Assembly: GCA_964016885.1 (NCBI GenBank) | Contig: OZ024747.1 | Coordinates: forward strand, 85,436,001-85,500,000 | Direction: 5' to 3' | DNA length: 64,000 bases | Source of the DNA: Eledone cirrhosa | Taxonomy: Eukaryota | Shown here: in pieces, positions 1 to 14,658 of the stretch | Position numbering within the stretch: position 1 is the stretch's first letter | How the letters are laid out: every line of letters starts with the position of its first letter | Position numbers and translations under genes: made by a program | Notes under the pieces: generated by a model | Databases searched by the model: none | Seen by the model: only the letters and a program-made list of their open reading frames with translations | What the model was told of the DNA's origin: nothing

Positions 1-644
1 TTTATATATTTATATATATATATTATCATTATCGAACCCTCTTCGGATTTTAGTCTTCAGATTTATTATTATTACTATATATATATATATTCCAAAACTG
101 GCAACAAATATGTTGCCAATTTTGCAATATAATCTGCGACGCCACGCGTTTCCCTTCTGCTGTAGTTGAGTTGATTATTACAAACGCAGACACGTATGTT
201 TTTTGCATCGAACGAAGAAGCAGGACGCCTGAAATATCATTATAAAGAGGTTGTGAACTAACTATTATAACCCATTAAACTTATATAACAACTTAAAACT
301 AATTAACTGCAAAAAACCAACAACACAAAACCAACAACCTATAAATAAAAGCTGAAATACTTAATGCGTTCATTTATTCTAGATATTCAGCAATGGAGTA
401 ATATGTATTATTTTTCTCGGTGTCCTACATTACATTATAACAAAATAAATAATAAAAAATAACAATTAGAAACCAAATCCATCTAGACCTAATTTTTTTA
501 TAAACACCCTCTAGCATTCCGTCATAGAGAGAGATGAAATATTTGACCGAATTTCAACAAAAAGTATAAAGACAATCGTGAAGGATAACAAATGAGAATG
601 TATTTCACCATATGTGATTGGTGTATGTATGTAATTTAAACTAG

Positions 645-3600
645 TAACTATAGTCACCAATACTCACAACTGTTATAGGCACTTATAACTACTATAGGCA
701 CCTATAACTACTATAGGCACTTATAACTACTATAAGCACCTATAACTACTATAGACACCAATAACTACTATAGTCACCAATAACTACTATAGGCACCAAT
801 AACTGATTATATCACCAATAACTACTATAATCACAAATAACTACTATAGTTACCAATAACTACTATAATCACAAATAACTACTATAGTTACAATAACTAC
901 TATAATCACCAATAACTACTATAGTCACCAATAACTACTATAGTCACCAATAACTACTATAGTTACCAATAACTACTATAGTCACCAATAACTATTATAG
1001 TTACCAATAACTACTATAGTCACCAATAACTACTATAGACACCAATAACTATTATAGTTACCAATAACTACTATAGTCACCAATAACTACTATTGTCACC
1101 AATAACTACTATAGTCACCAATAACTACTATAGTCACCAATAACTACTATAGGCACCTATAACTATTATAGACACCAATAACTACTATAGTCACCAATAA
1201 CTACTATAGTCACCAATAACTACTATAGTCACCAATAACTACTATAGTCACCAATAACTACTATAGTCACCTATAACTACTATAGTCACCAATAACTACT
1301 ATTGTCACCAATAACTACTATAGTCACCAATAACTACTATAGACACCAATAACTACTATAGTCACCAATAACTACTATAGGCACCTATAACTACTATAGT
1401 AACCAATAACTACTATAGACACCAATAACTACTATAGTCACCAATAACTACTATAGTCACCTATAACTACTATAGTCACCAATAACTACTGTAGACACCA
1501 ATAACTACTATAGTCACCAATAACTACTATAGGCACCAATAACTACTATAGTAACCAATAACTACTATAGACACCAATAACTACTATAGTCTCCAATAAC
1601 TACTATAGTCAACAATAACTACTATAGTCACCAATAACTACTATAGACACCAATAACTATTATAGTCACCAATAACTACTATAGTCACCAATAACTACTA
1701 TAGTCACCTATAACTACTATTGTCACCTATAACTATTATAGTCACCAATAACTACTATAGTCACCAATAACTACTATAGTCACCAATAACTACTATAGTC
1801 ACCAATAACTACTATAGTCACCAATAACTACTATAGACACCAATAACTACTATAGTCACCAATAACTACTATAGTCACCAATAACTACTATAGTCACCTA
1901 TAACTATTATAGTCTCCAATAACTACTATAGTCACCAATAACTACTATAGTCACCAATAACTACTATAGACACCAATAACTACTATAGTCACCAATAACT
2001 ACTATAGTCACCAATAACTACTATAGTCACCAATAACTATTATAGTCACCAATAACTACTATAGTCACCAATAACTACTATAGTCACCAATAACTACTAT
2101 AGTCACCAATAACTACTATAGTCACCAATAACTACTATAGTCACCAATAGCTACTATAGTCACCAATAACTACTATAGTTACCAATAACTACTATAGTTA
2201 CCAATAACTACTATAGTCACCAATAACTACTATTGTCACCAATAACTACTATAGTCACCAATAACTATTATAGTCACCAATAACTACTATAGTCACCAAT
2301 AACTACTATAGACACCAATAACTATTATAGTTACCAATAACTACTATAGTCACCAATAACTACTATAGTCACCTATAACTACTATTGTCACCTATAACTA
2401 CTATAGTCACCAATAACTACTATAGTTACCAATAACTACTATAGTTACCAATAACTACTATAGTCACCAATAACTACTATTGTCACCAATAACTACTATA
2501 GTCACCAATAACTATTATAGTCACCAATAACTACTATAGTCACCAATAACTACTATAGACACCAATAACTATTATAGTCACCAATAACTACTATAGTCAC
2601 CAATAACTACTATAGACACCAATAACTATTATAGTTACCAATAACTACTATAGTCACCAATAACTACTATAGACACCAATAACTATTATAGTTACCAATA
2701 ACTACTATAGTCACCAATAACTACTATTGTCACCTATAACTATTATAGTCACCAATAACTACTATAGTCACCAATAACTACTATAGACACCAATAACTAC
2801 TATAGTCACCAATAACTACTATAGACACCAATAACTACTATAGTCACCAATAACTACTATAGTTACCAATAACTACTATAGTCACCAATAACTACTATAG
2901 TCACCAATAACTACTATAGTCACCAATAACTACTATAGTCACCTATAACTACTATAGTCACCTATAACTACTATTGTCACCTATAACTATTATAGTCACC
3001 AATAACTACTATAGTCACCAATAACTACTATAGTCACCTATAACTATTATAGTCACCAATAACTACTATAGTCACCAATAACTACTATAGTCACCAATAA
3101 CTACTATAGTCACCAATAACTACTATAGTCACCTATAACTACTATTGTCACCAATAACTACTATAGTCACCAATAACTATTATAGTCACCAATAACTACT
3201 ATAGTCACCTATAACTACTATAGTCACCTATAACTATTATAGTCACCAATAACTACTATAGTCACCAATAACTACTATAGTCACCAATAACTACTATAGT
3301 CACCAATAACTACTATAGTCACCAATAACTACTATAGATACCAATAACTACTATAGTCACCAATAACTACTATAGTTACCAATAACTACTATAGTCACCA
3401 ATAACTACTATAGACACCAATAACTACTATAGACACCAATAACTACTATAGTCACCAATAACTACTATAGTCACCAATAACTACTATAGTCACCAATAAC
3501 TACTATAGACACCAATAACTACTATAGTCACCAATAACTACTATAAGCACCAATAACTACTATAGACACCAATAACTACTATAGTCACCTATAACTACTA

Positions 3601-4046
3601 TAGTCACCAATAACTACTATAGTCACCAATAACTACTATAGACACCAATAACTACTATAGTCACCAATAACTACTATAGTCACCAATAACTACTATAGTC
3701 ACCAATAACTACTATAGTCACCAATAACTACTATAGTCACCAATAACTACTATAGTCACAAATAACTACTATAGTCACCAATAACTACTATAGTCACCAA
3801 TAACTACTATAGTCACCAATAACTACTATAGTCACCAATAACTACTATAGTCACCAATAACTACTATAGTCACCAATAACTACTATAGTCACAAATAACT
3901 ACTATAGTCACCAATAACTACTATAGTCACCAATAACTACTATAGTCACCAATAACTACTATAGTCACCAATAACTACTATAGTCACCAATAACTACTAT
4001 AGTCACAAATAACTACTATAGTCACCAATAACTACTATAGTCACCA
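645..4046. repeat. 19-bp minisatellite (AATAACTACTATAGTCACC)n, roughly 175-180 copies
   Basis: Head-to-tail unit read directly, with single-base variants (gtcacc/gacacc/gttacc) and no unique spacers. Confidence 0.97.
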
Positions 4047-4176
4047 GATACTAATACCAACACTACCACCACCACCAATAACAACAACAAAAACAACAAC
4101 AACCAGAAACGCCGTCCCTGGGGTTAAATAACGACAGCACCCTGGATGTCAGAAAAAAGACGCCCACTAAAATACT

Positions 4177-4617
<441 letters not shown>

Positions 4618-5020
4618 CAAGAGAATTAGTGTGCTGTGGTTCCTCTTCTGGGGAATGGTGTAAGATGATATATGAATGGAAGGCTAAAGGTTTAATAGAT
4701 AGATATTTAACATATCTTGCTTTCACTGGTTACATCAGCGGCTTATAGAATTCGGATTTTCCCACAGACTCAACTTGAACTTTGTCAACTAATGTGGGTT
4801 TATATTTTACGAATACACGCATGCGCACACACGTAGGTGTGTGTGTGTGTGTGTGTGTGTAAGTGTCTGTGCGTTTGTAGAAGTACACAATATATTTTAG
4901 AGAATATATTCTTTATTTAAACTCTTTGGAGACCACATGTGAGTGTGTGCATTGATGTGTGTACATGCGAAAGTATGTATGTATACTTGTATATGTGTTT
5001 GTGTTTACGTAGAGTATAAC

Positions 5021-5220
5021 GGTTTCTGATTTAGGCTCAAGGCCAACAATTTTGGAGGAGGGGAAAGTCGATTAATTCGACCTCAGTGCATTACAGGTAC
5101 TTTATTTTATCGACCCTATAAAGGCAAAAATAACCTTGGTGGGGTTTGAACTTAGAACGTAAAGAGACATAACTTTATGCTGCAAAGCATAATGACCGAT
5201 TCTCTACTAACACTGCCAAC
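5021..5220 (-). mobile_element. tRNA-type SINE (Octopus-like family); related copies at ~6020-6090 (-), ~8625-8875 (+, two pieces), ~19670-19765 (-), ~40505-40570 (+)
   Basis: Shared motifs ggtactttattttatcgaccc and tttgaact(t/c)ag across copies; reverse complement matches 18370-18551. Family assignment is from recall. Confidence 0.75.
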
Positions 5221-5452
5221 AAATAACTAGATATGTATCCGGTATCCATATATGCAGTGGCGCCAGGAGATGAAGGGGGCCCACCTACATATAGAATTCT
5301 ATCATTTAATTTTTATAATGAATAAATAACATTTTCGAAAAATACATAAGTGGAAACAAAACAGTGCAATCAAATTTTTGCGGAAAAATATTTTACCTTC
5401 TCCACTAAAAAATATGTATTTTGCGAAGTCCAGAGACTTTCAATAATGGCCA

Positions 5453-5889
5453 GAAGTCGACCCTAAATATTACTAATAGCTCTAGGAAAGCCATGAACGA
5501 CACCACATCTTTTAAACTTTTATTTTGAAAGTAGGTTTATAATTATCAATTTTCATTATACTTATGTAGCTGTCTCGGTGGCCTAGTTGGATGAATCATA
5601 GACGCTGATGATCCGGGTCTGAAGTTCGATCCTGGCCGGGAATAGGGTTCCCTGTAACCCTTTTCAGTTTTTTTCTATTGGTTGTAAAATAAAAACTGAA
5701 AAAGGTGACATGTACCTCTTGACCAGGATCTCCACCGTCTCTAGTACCTACCGCTAGGCCACAGAGACAACTATGAACATCTTATAAAAATTCATATTTA
5801 TAAACCTACTTTCAAAATTTTCAAAACAAAGTGTTGTGGTGTCGTTCATGTCTTTCTTAATGTTATTGCTCCTACTTAAGGTCGACTTT
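5453..5889. mobile_element. Diverged fold-back/MITE-like element with a tRNA-like Pol III head in its arms
   Basis: Inverted arm pairs: aagtcgac/gtcgactt, catgaacgacaccaca/tgtggtgtcgttcatg, ttttgaaagtaggtttata/tataaacctactttcaaaa, ccttttcagttttt/aaaaactgaaaaagg. A-box tggcctagttgg (5579) and B-box gttcgatcc (5624). Confidence 0.65.
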
Positions 5890-5920
5890 CAATAATGACC
5901 TTTGGTCTTTCACACTCACT

Positions 5921-5972
<52 letters not shown>

Positions 5973-6364
5973 ATACTTGGGGAGGGTCATATTGTTGTAA
6001 TAATATTACCAGAAATAATTGTTTCTACGTTAGGCACAAGGCCAGCAATTACCCAGTGTATTACTGGTACTTTATTTTATCGACCCCGTAAATAATAATG
6101 GAACACACTCACTGTTTGGTTGGTTTTCGCTTCTGTATCTTTTATATCTCCATAGTTAATTCATCCGGCTATCAATGTTTATCATTTACTGACCAACGGT
6201 CAAAAATACAGATATAAGTACATATATATAGTCTAACAAAGTATTTTCGTTGCACATCTGCAACATCATCAGTGGTACTTTTGTGTTTCCTCCTGTTGTA
6301 TTGTATGTCTACGCCATTTTTATTTTATCTAATTATTTAACCCATAAATGGGGCCCTAACAGGT

Positions 6365-6494
6365 ACTAATACTCAGGGCCAGAGCAGACCTGGGAGTGAT
6401 AACAACAAAGGGGTAACTCCACATTCACCACAGCTCCTTGAACTCCCGAACTGGAGCCTTGCCACTGGATGTAGTTTAATGTCATACAAGGACA
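6365..6494 (+). mobile_element. Interspersed repeat 3' fragment (SINE or RTE-tail type) ending in (TA)n
   Basis: actcagggccagagcagacctgggag...gtagtttaatgtcatacaaggaca resembles a recalled abundant cephalopod repeat tail; not verified. Confidence 0.45.
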
Positions 6495-6495
6495 G

Positions 6496-6603
<108 letters not shown>

Positions 6604-6743
6604 TATGTGTATATATATATGTATGTATATATATATATATATATATGTATATATAGAAGCACACACTCACACACAGACATACACATATGTATGTATGTAT
6701 AGATAGATAGATAGATATGCATACATTATATGCACACACTCAC

Positions 6744-6837
<94 letters not shown>

Positions 6838-6939
6838 TGTATGTGTGTGTGTGTTTGTTTCTGAGTGTGTGCGTATGTGTGTTTACTAGCGTGAAGCGCC
6901 GCGCCTTTCATCCTGTGTTTTTATTAGATGAAAATAACT

Positions 6940-7099
6940 GTCACGTGACTTCAAAGGAATTCTGCCGCAACCGTTAAAAAAACAACAACGATGCTTGAGC
7001 TTGTTTCTAATTAGATTATTATTATTATTATTATTATATAAACAAAAAAAAATCCCAGACGAAATGCACCCTAAAACTTTCAGTCAGGTGTCACGTGAC
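6940..7099. promoter_or_regulatory. Pair of palindromic GTCACGTGAC (CLEAR-type E-box) motifs
   Basis: Exact 10-mers at 6940-6949 and 7090-7099 in a non-repetitive, CpG-containing patch; function not shown. Confidence 0.3.
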
Positions 7100-7269
7100 A
7101 ACAGTTGAGATATGTCGTTAGAAAGTCTCCCTGCTACCACCATAGATATGTAGTATTACCACTACCACCATAGATATGTACAGTATTACCACTACCACCA
7201 CAGATATCGTCGCCGACTATAACAACAGCAACAACAGCAGTAACACCACCACCACAACGACCACCACCA

Positions 7270-8583
7270 ATTGCTAGTTGCCTTTTTACCTCTTGCTAGT
7301 TGCGAGTCCCCAGCTGCCAGTTGCCAGGTGTCAATTGCTAGTTGCCAGTCCCCAGCTGCCAGTTGCCAGGTGTCAATTGCTAGTTGCCTTTTTGCCTCTT
7401 GCTAGTTGCGAATCCCCAGCTGCCAGTTGCCAGTCCCCAGCTGCCAGTTGCCAGGTGTCAATTGCTAGTTGCCTTTTTGCCTCTTGCTAGTTGCCAGTCC
7501 CCAGCTGCCAGTTGCCAGGTGTCAATTGCTAGTTGCCAGTCCCCAGCTGCCAGTTGCCAGGTGTCAATTGCTAGTTGCCTTTTTGCCTCTTGCTAGTTGC
7601 CAGTCCCCAGCTGCCAGTTGCCAGGTGTCAATTGCTAGTTGCCTTTTTGCCTCTTGCCAGTTGCCAGGTGTCAATTGCTAGTTGCCAGTCCCCAGCTGCC
7701 AGTTGCCAGGTGTCAATTGCTAGTTGCCTTTTTGCCTCTTGCTAGTTGCCAGTCCCCAGCTGCCAGTTGCCAGGTGTCAATTGCTAGTTGCCAGTCCCCA
7801 GCTGCCAGTTGCCAGGTGTCAATTGTTAGTTGCCAGTCCCCAGCTGCCAGTTGCCAGGTGTCAATTGCTAGTTGCCTTTTTGCCTCTTGCTAGTTGCGAG
7901 TCCCCAGCTGCCAGTTGCCAGGTGTCAATTGCTAGTTGCCAGTCCCCAGCTGCCAGTTGCCAGGTGTCAATTGCTAGTTGCCAGTCCCCAGCTGCCAGTT
8001 GCCAGGTGTCAATTGCTAGTTGCCAGTCCCCAGCTGCCAGTTGCCAGGTGTCAATTGCTAGTTGCCAGTCCTCCAGCTGACAGTTGCCAGGTGTCAATTG
8101 CTAGTTGCCAGTTCCCAGCTGCCAGTTGCCAGGTGTCAATTGCTAGTTGCCACTCCCCAGCTGCCAGTTGCCAGGTGTCAATTGCTAGTTGCCAGTTCCC
8201 AGCTGCCAGTTGCCAGGTGTCAATTGCTAGTTGCGAGTCCCCAGCTGCCAGTTGCCAGGTGTCAATTGCTAGTTGCGAGTCCCCAGCTGCCAGTTGCCAG
8301 GTGTCAATTGCTAGTTGCCACTCCCCAGCTGCCAGTTGCCAGGTGTCAATTGCTAGTTGCCAGTCCCCAGCTGCCAGTTGCCAGGTGTCAATTGCTAGTT
8401 GCGAGTCCCCAGCTGCCAGTTGCCAGGTGTCAATTGCTAGTTGCGAGTCCCCAGCTGCCAGTTGCCAGGTGTCAATTGCTAGTTGCCAGTCCCCAGCTGC
8501 CAGTTGCCAGGTGTCAATTGCTAGTTGCGAGTCCCCAGCTGCCAGTTGCCAGGTGTCAATTGCTAGTTGCCAGTTCCCAGCAA
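7270..8583. repeat. 42-bp minisatellite built from six 7-mers
   Basis: Unit agttgcc-aggtgtc-aattgct-agttgcc-agtcccc-agctgcc; 5' half carries an extra tttttgcctcttgct module. Confidence 0.95.
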
Positions 8584-9145
8584 TGTAGAGATACCACTAT
8601 TGGAATCGTCGTTAGAATCCAGAATTAAATGCTTCAGTATTTGTTCCGCTTCTCTTTGCTCCAATTTCAAATATTGCCTATGTAAACTTTGCCTTTCACT
8701 CTTTCGGAATCGATAAATGAAGTATCTGTCTAGGAGTGGTGGATTAGCGGAATTGTTAAAGAGTTGGACTGCATGGTTTACAGTATCTTATCTGATTCTG
8801 TGCGTTCTGAGTTCAAATTCAGCCGAAGTCAATTTTGCTTTCCATCATTTCGGGGTCGATAAATAAATAAGTTCATTATGAGTGGACTAACGGAACTCAA
8901 ACAGTGTATTTTACAATATAGCAACCGGCTCTGAGTTAAAGTAGCGCTCCCTTTTACCAGGTGTTGAAACCGCCAGATAGTATCAGTAATGGAAAGGCCA
9001 ATGGAAATTTAATTGACGATCAGCTCCTTAGCTTTTTACTTATTTCTTGAAAGACACACCTAAATTTCTGAGGGCTTATTAGTCTTATCAAATACTTATT
9101 ATGTAACGTTGCTCTCGTTCTAGGAATACCAATTTAATTATAATA

Positions 9146-9475
9146 AGGTAAAGCCTTTACCATGAAAATACAATAGTGAATATAGAGTAATGTGAATGCT
9201 AAAGGATTAAATAAATTTCTTATATATATAATTATATATATATATATAAGTAATTTGTTTAATCCTTTAGCATTCACATTACTTTATATTCACTATTGTA
9301 TTTTCACGGTAAAGGCTTTACCTCACGCAATTATCTCACATAATATCGAATCTATGAGATTTTGAAATTATTTATTTTGAGAACAATACCCTGACATACG
9401 TATGAGTGGCTTGTTACATCCAGTTTGAACAAAAAGAGGTGAGAGTATTCTGACCGGATACGGCCGGGTTAAATA
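9146..9475. mobile_element. Degenerate piggyBac-type MITE copy (~9259-9475) with its 5' end duplicated in inverted orientation across a TA tract (~9146-9215)
   Basis: Similar along its length to 56732-56953; aggtaaagcctttac...gaatgctaaaggattaa is mirrored by ttaatcctttagcattc...gtaaaggctttacct. Confidence 0.7.
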
Positions 9476-9941
9476 CAATAACAATATCAGGCCTTCTCTA
9501 TTATGAAAACAACCCAGTCAGTAGCTTAGCTACAGATTGTAGCTACAGATTGCACCCCCCCCCCCCCCTACAGCATAAAACACAAACTTATGCGCATCAA
9601 AAGTGTCCCCCCCCCCCACTCACTCAAGATAGCGCTAACCAAACTGGACCATACCCTCACCATTCCATGGCTACGCTTCAGCTTCCAGTGTGTTTGAAAG
9701 AAGGTTTACATTAATTCAGAACAGCAACTAAGTTGTTAGGACGTTCATGGTAATAATGACGTAGGTTCGAATCTAGACCGGGTGGCACGTTTTGTCCTCC
9801 GGACAGACTCTTCATATCACGTTGGAAAAAAAAAAAAACTACCAGCCGCACCAAGGAAAGGTAGGGTAGCGGTGTAACTGACTGCTCTCTCATACTGAGG
9901 GAAATCTTGTACACAGTTGCTTAACAGCAGTGAAGAGAGTA

Positions 9942-9996
<55 letters not shown>

Positions 9997-10002
9997 ATTA
10001 TC

Positions 10003-10104
10003 TATATTTGCATTTGTGATAGTATTTTACACGTTTTTATTGTATGTAAACTTCCCCCTTTGTATTTGTCCCTTTCTTTCGTGCCCCTGTGGCTAATGAA
10101 GAAA
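10003..10104 (+). mobile_element. Tx1-type LINE 3' UTR fragment inside (TATC)n
   Basis: tgtatgtaaacttccccctttgtatttgtccc...gtggctaatgaagaaa matches the 3' end of the LINE at 34290-34332. Confidence 0.75.
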
Positions 10105-10106
10105 CA

Positions 10107-10145
<39 letters not shown>

Positions 10146-10796
10146 TTATCTATCTATCAATTTATTCATTTCTCTCTCTCTCTCTCTCCCCTCTCTCTCT
10201 ACCACTAAATATATACACACATGCACACATACATATACACACAGATATACAATATTGTTTACATAGTTAATTTGAAGGTATTTTGTATCCCTACACGTGC
10301 ATAATTCACGTTACATGTACACACACTCACACACACACAGACATATACATATATATACACACACACACACATATATATATATGTATATATAAACATACAT
10401 TCATACAATCATACATACATACTTATACATACAAACATACAATCATACATACATATATGCGTGCCTACATACATATACATGTACGCATGTATGTATATGT
10501 ACATATGTATGAATTTATGTATGTATGTATTTAATTAGTAAATGTTGAATGTGCGACCGCCCTCCTGCAACACGGCAGGCACCCTCTATCTTCCCACTAC
10601 ACCCATAGACATCAGCATCACTCCACACTACCACGACCCACGCACTCTCAACTACTTATTAACGCAACAACATTTCACCACCAACACAGCTCCACAGTAT
10701 CACACCAACACCTCACCACGCCGCCATACCAAGCACCTTCAGTTTCTCCTCGAGAGAGAGCATACAACACACACACATACATGCACTACATATATG

Positions 10797-10880
<84 letters not shown>

Positions 10881-10932
10881 TATACACATACTCACCAACA
10901 CACATACACACACATATACATATATATGTATG

Positions 10933-10976
<44 letters not shown>

Positions 10977-11022
10977 CTCACCAACACACATACACACACA
11001 TATACATATATATGTATGTATG

Positions 11023-11058
<36 letters not shown>

Positions 11059-11119
11059 CTCACCACCACACATACACACACACATACATATATATGTATA
11101 TGTATGTGTGTGTGTATAA

Positions 11120-11151
<32 letters not shown>

Positions 11152-11180
11152 ATATCTATCTATCTCTATATATAAATATT

Positions 11181-11288
<108 letters not shown>

Positions 11289-11316
11289 TAAATATTTATA
11301 TATAGAGATAGATAGA

Positions 11317-11376
<60 letters not shown>

Positions 11377-11619
11377 CATACTCCCTCCCCCCATACATAC
11401 GTATACATATTTATAATAAAAAAGTGACTGTTGGGTCAGGAATTTCTCGCTGGTGGGTGTCGTTAGATAGGTAGGCAATCTGAACATAAATTGTTCAACA
11501 GATACACATATGCGCACACAAATATATATATATAATTAAATGTAATTACATACATACACCTTTATATATATGTGCGTTGTGTGTCTATAAACAACTCCTA
11601 CATACCACAAGCGTATATT

Positions 11620-11690
<71 letters not shown>

Positions 11691-11728
11691 AACAGACACA
11701 CAAACACGTTATATATATATAAAAAACT

Positions 11729-11778
<50 letters not shown>

Positions 11779-11943
11779 GGAGTTTTTTTTCACTAACATT
11801 ACAAGAGGTTAGACGAGCCGCGGTTTACAGAGTCGGGTCAGATCAATACAGATCGAACCTTGAGCTGATCAGTGGCGAAATACGCGTCACCAACTAATAA
11901 ACGTAATGAAGGAGTAACCAATTGCCTTTGTTATATATATATA

Positions 11944-11974
<31 letters not shown>

Positions 11975-11983
11975 CATATATAT

Positions 11984-12312
<329 letters not shown>

Positions 12313-12326
12313 GTATATATATATAC

Positions 12327-12493
<167 letters not shown>

Positions 12494-13046
12494 TATATAT
12501 ATATGTATTAGAAAGTGAGGTTTTTTTTACAAAATGAAAAATAACCGAGGTGTCCTACACGAGTGAAAGTATAAAGAAAAAGAGATGAAATCGAAAATGC
12601 AACTGAAGTCTTATTTTTTTTTAAATATATATATTTATTTGGTTCCTTTACCGGTTTCGCAGTTCTTCTGCTTTTCAAAAGGTGAGTTGAGATGGAGGGT
12701 CTGTGGTTTTTCTCACATCTGGTTGGTCTCTGAATGTTACTTGTTTTATATGGAAAAAGTGGCTCGAAATGCCAGGTTTTTCGAGAAGTAATTTGATTGG
12801 TTTGTCAATAATTATAATAAACTTCGCGCCAGTTCGCGTTACAATAGTTCTTCAAATAAGAGAGAGGGGGGGGGGGGGGGGTTGTCACAGGTTGTTTTTT
12901 CATATATGAGTGTTTGAATTTCTTTTTACTTGAAAAAAGGAGGCTCACAAAGGCTTTGAAGAACTATTGTAACGCGAACAGTCAAGTTTGCAATTTTCAA
13001 CTGTAACACAGTCGAAAATTGCAAACTTGGCAGTCACCACATATTA

Positions 13047-13085
13047 TGAACCTGAAGATTGGGAAAGCATGAAAGTACTTGTTCA
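13047..13085 (+). ncRNA. Minimal type I hammerhead ribozyme motif (weak stem II, CUU site)
   Basis: tgaac-CTGAAGA-ttgggaaagcat-GAAA-gtac-TT-gttca; stem I tgaac/gttca, palindromic stem III AGUACU; module ends at (TA)n ~13200. Confidence 0.55.
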
Positions 13086-13197
13086 ATTAACACTTAGAAT
13101 TTAATATTCTATCATACTATTTCATTATAATACCATTATAAATTTTAAAGGATTGTAAATAAAACGAGTAAATCAGACAAAGTTGGAATTCCTCTTA

Positions 13198-13261
<64 letters not shown>

Positions 13262-14459
13262 GAGAATTCACAAGAATCAAAGCTATGTTCAAAGCATTTA
13301 TTCACTTACAATTGTTTCATCCAAACCTAGGCTTGCTGTCTTCGGAGCATTTTTCAATGTTTGTACACATAATTGACCTCCTTTCCAACGCAAGAGACAT
13401 ACAGATACATATATATATATTGATGTACAGTGGAGTGGCATATATTATACTATACTATTTTTGTACAGCAATTCAAATTCAAAATCAAAATCAAAATCAA
13501 AATAAAAATAAAAATAAAAATAAAAATAAAAATAAAAATAAAAATAAAAATAAAAATAAAAATAAAAATTAAAATTAAAATACATTCGGCAGATAACACA
13601 GATAATGCAAGAGGATAGTTTGATAGTCAGGTCTAGTAGGTAGTGTATGCATTAGTTACACATGGAGCATGCAAGTGTGTCTCCTTTTTATACTATTATT
13701 GTGTGGCAGGGTTTTACACGTAATGCAAGCACTTTAAGCGGGTAAACAAGATTATTATGGTGGTTGTAGTGGTAAGGTATTTTTTGTATAGAACAAAAAA
13801 GTATGTGTGCAGAAAAATAAAAAGAAAAAGAAGAAGCAAAAGAAAGTTATGGTTTTCGTATCACCATCATTTTATTTTTCTGCACACATACTTTTTTGTT
13901 CTATACAAAAAAATACCTTACCACTACAACCACCATAATAATCTTGCTTACCCGCTTAAAGTGCTTGCATTACGTGTAACACCCTGCCACACAATAATAG
14001 TATAAAAAGGAGACACACTTGCATGCTCCATGTGTAACTAATGCATACACTACCTACTAGACCTGACTATCAAACTATCCTCTTGCATTATCTGTGTTAT
14101 CTGCCGAATGTATTTTAATTTTAATTTTAATTTTAATTTTTATTTTTATTTTTATTTTTATTTTTATTTTTATTTTTATTTTTATTTTTATTTTTATTTT
14201 TATTTTTATTTTTATTTTTATTTTTATTTTTATTTTGAATTTGAATTGCTGTACAAAAATAGTATAGTATAATATATGCCACTCCACTGTACATCAATAT
14301 ATATATATATATGTATCTGTATGTCTCTTGCGTTGGAAAGGAGGTCAATTATGTGTACAAACATTGAAAAATGCTCCGAAGACACCAAGCCTAGGTTTGG
14401 ATGAAACAATTGTAAGTGAATAAATGCTTTGAACATAGCTTTGATTCTTGTGAATTCTA
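13262..14459. repeat. Long near-perfect inverted repeat (~560-590 bp arms, ~48 bp spacer)
   Basis: 13262-13822 is the reverse complement of 13870-14459; mirrored ORFs in the track (MEWHILYY... on both strands). Confidence 0.93.
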
Positions 14460-14617
14460 TATAACTGCTCTGTAGGAAAACTGATGTTATTACATTGAGC
14501 TATTTATCTTACTGGTAATAAGGTAGTAATAAATTACTGACCTTCACTGTTTAGGATTTAAAATATACATAACTATAAAAAGTTTTAATATATGCATAAC
14601 CATAAATAGTATCCCTA

Positions 14618-14658
<41 letters not shown>

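Noticed and set aside
645-4046. CRISPR-like appearance of the 19-bp array (also the 52- and 65-bp arrays)
   Set aside because: Contiguous tandem units with no unique spacers and no cas genes; eukaryotic context.
5600-5632. CTGATGA as a hammerhead, or the A/B boxes as a real tRNA gene
   Set aside because: No properly placed GAAA/stems, and no convincing cloverleaf.
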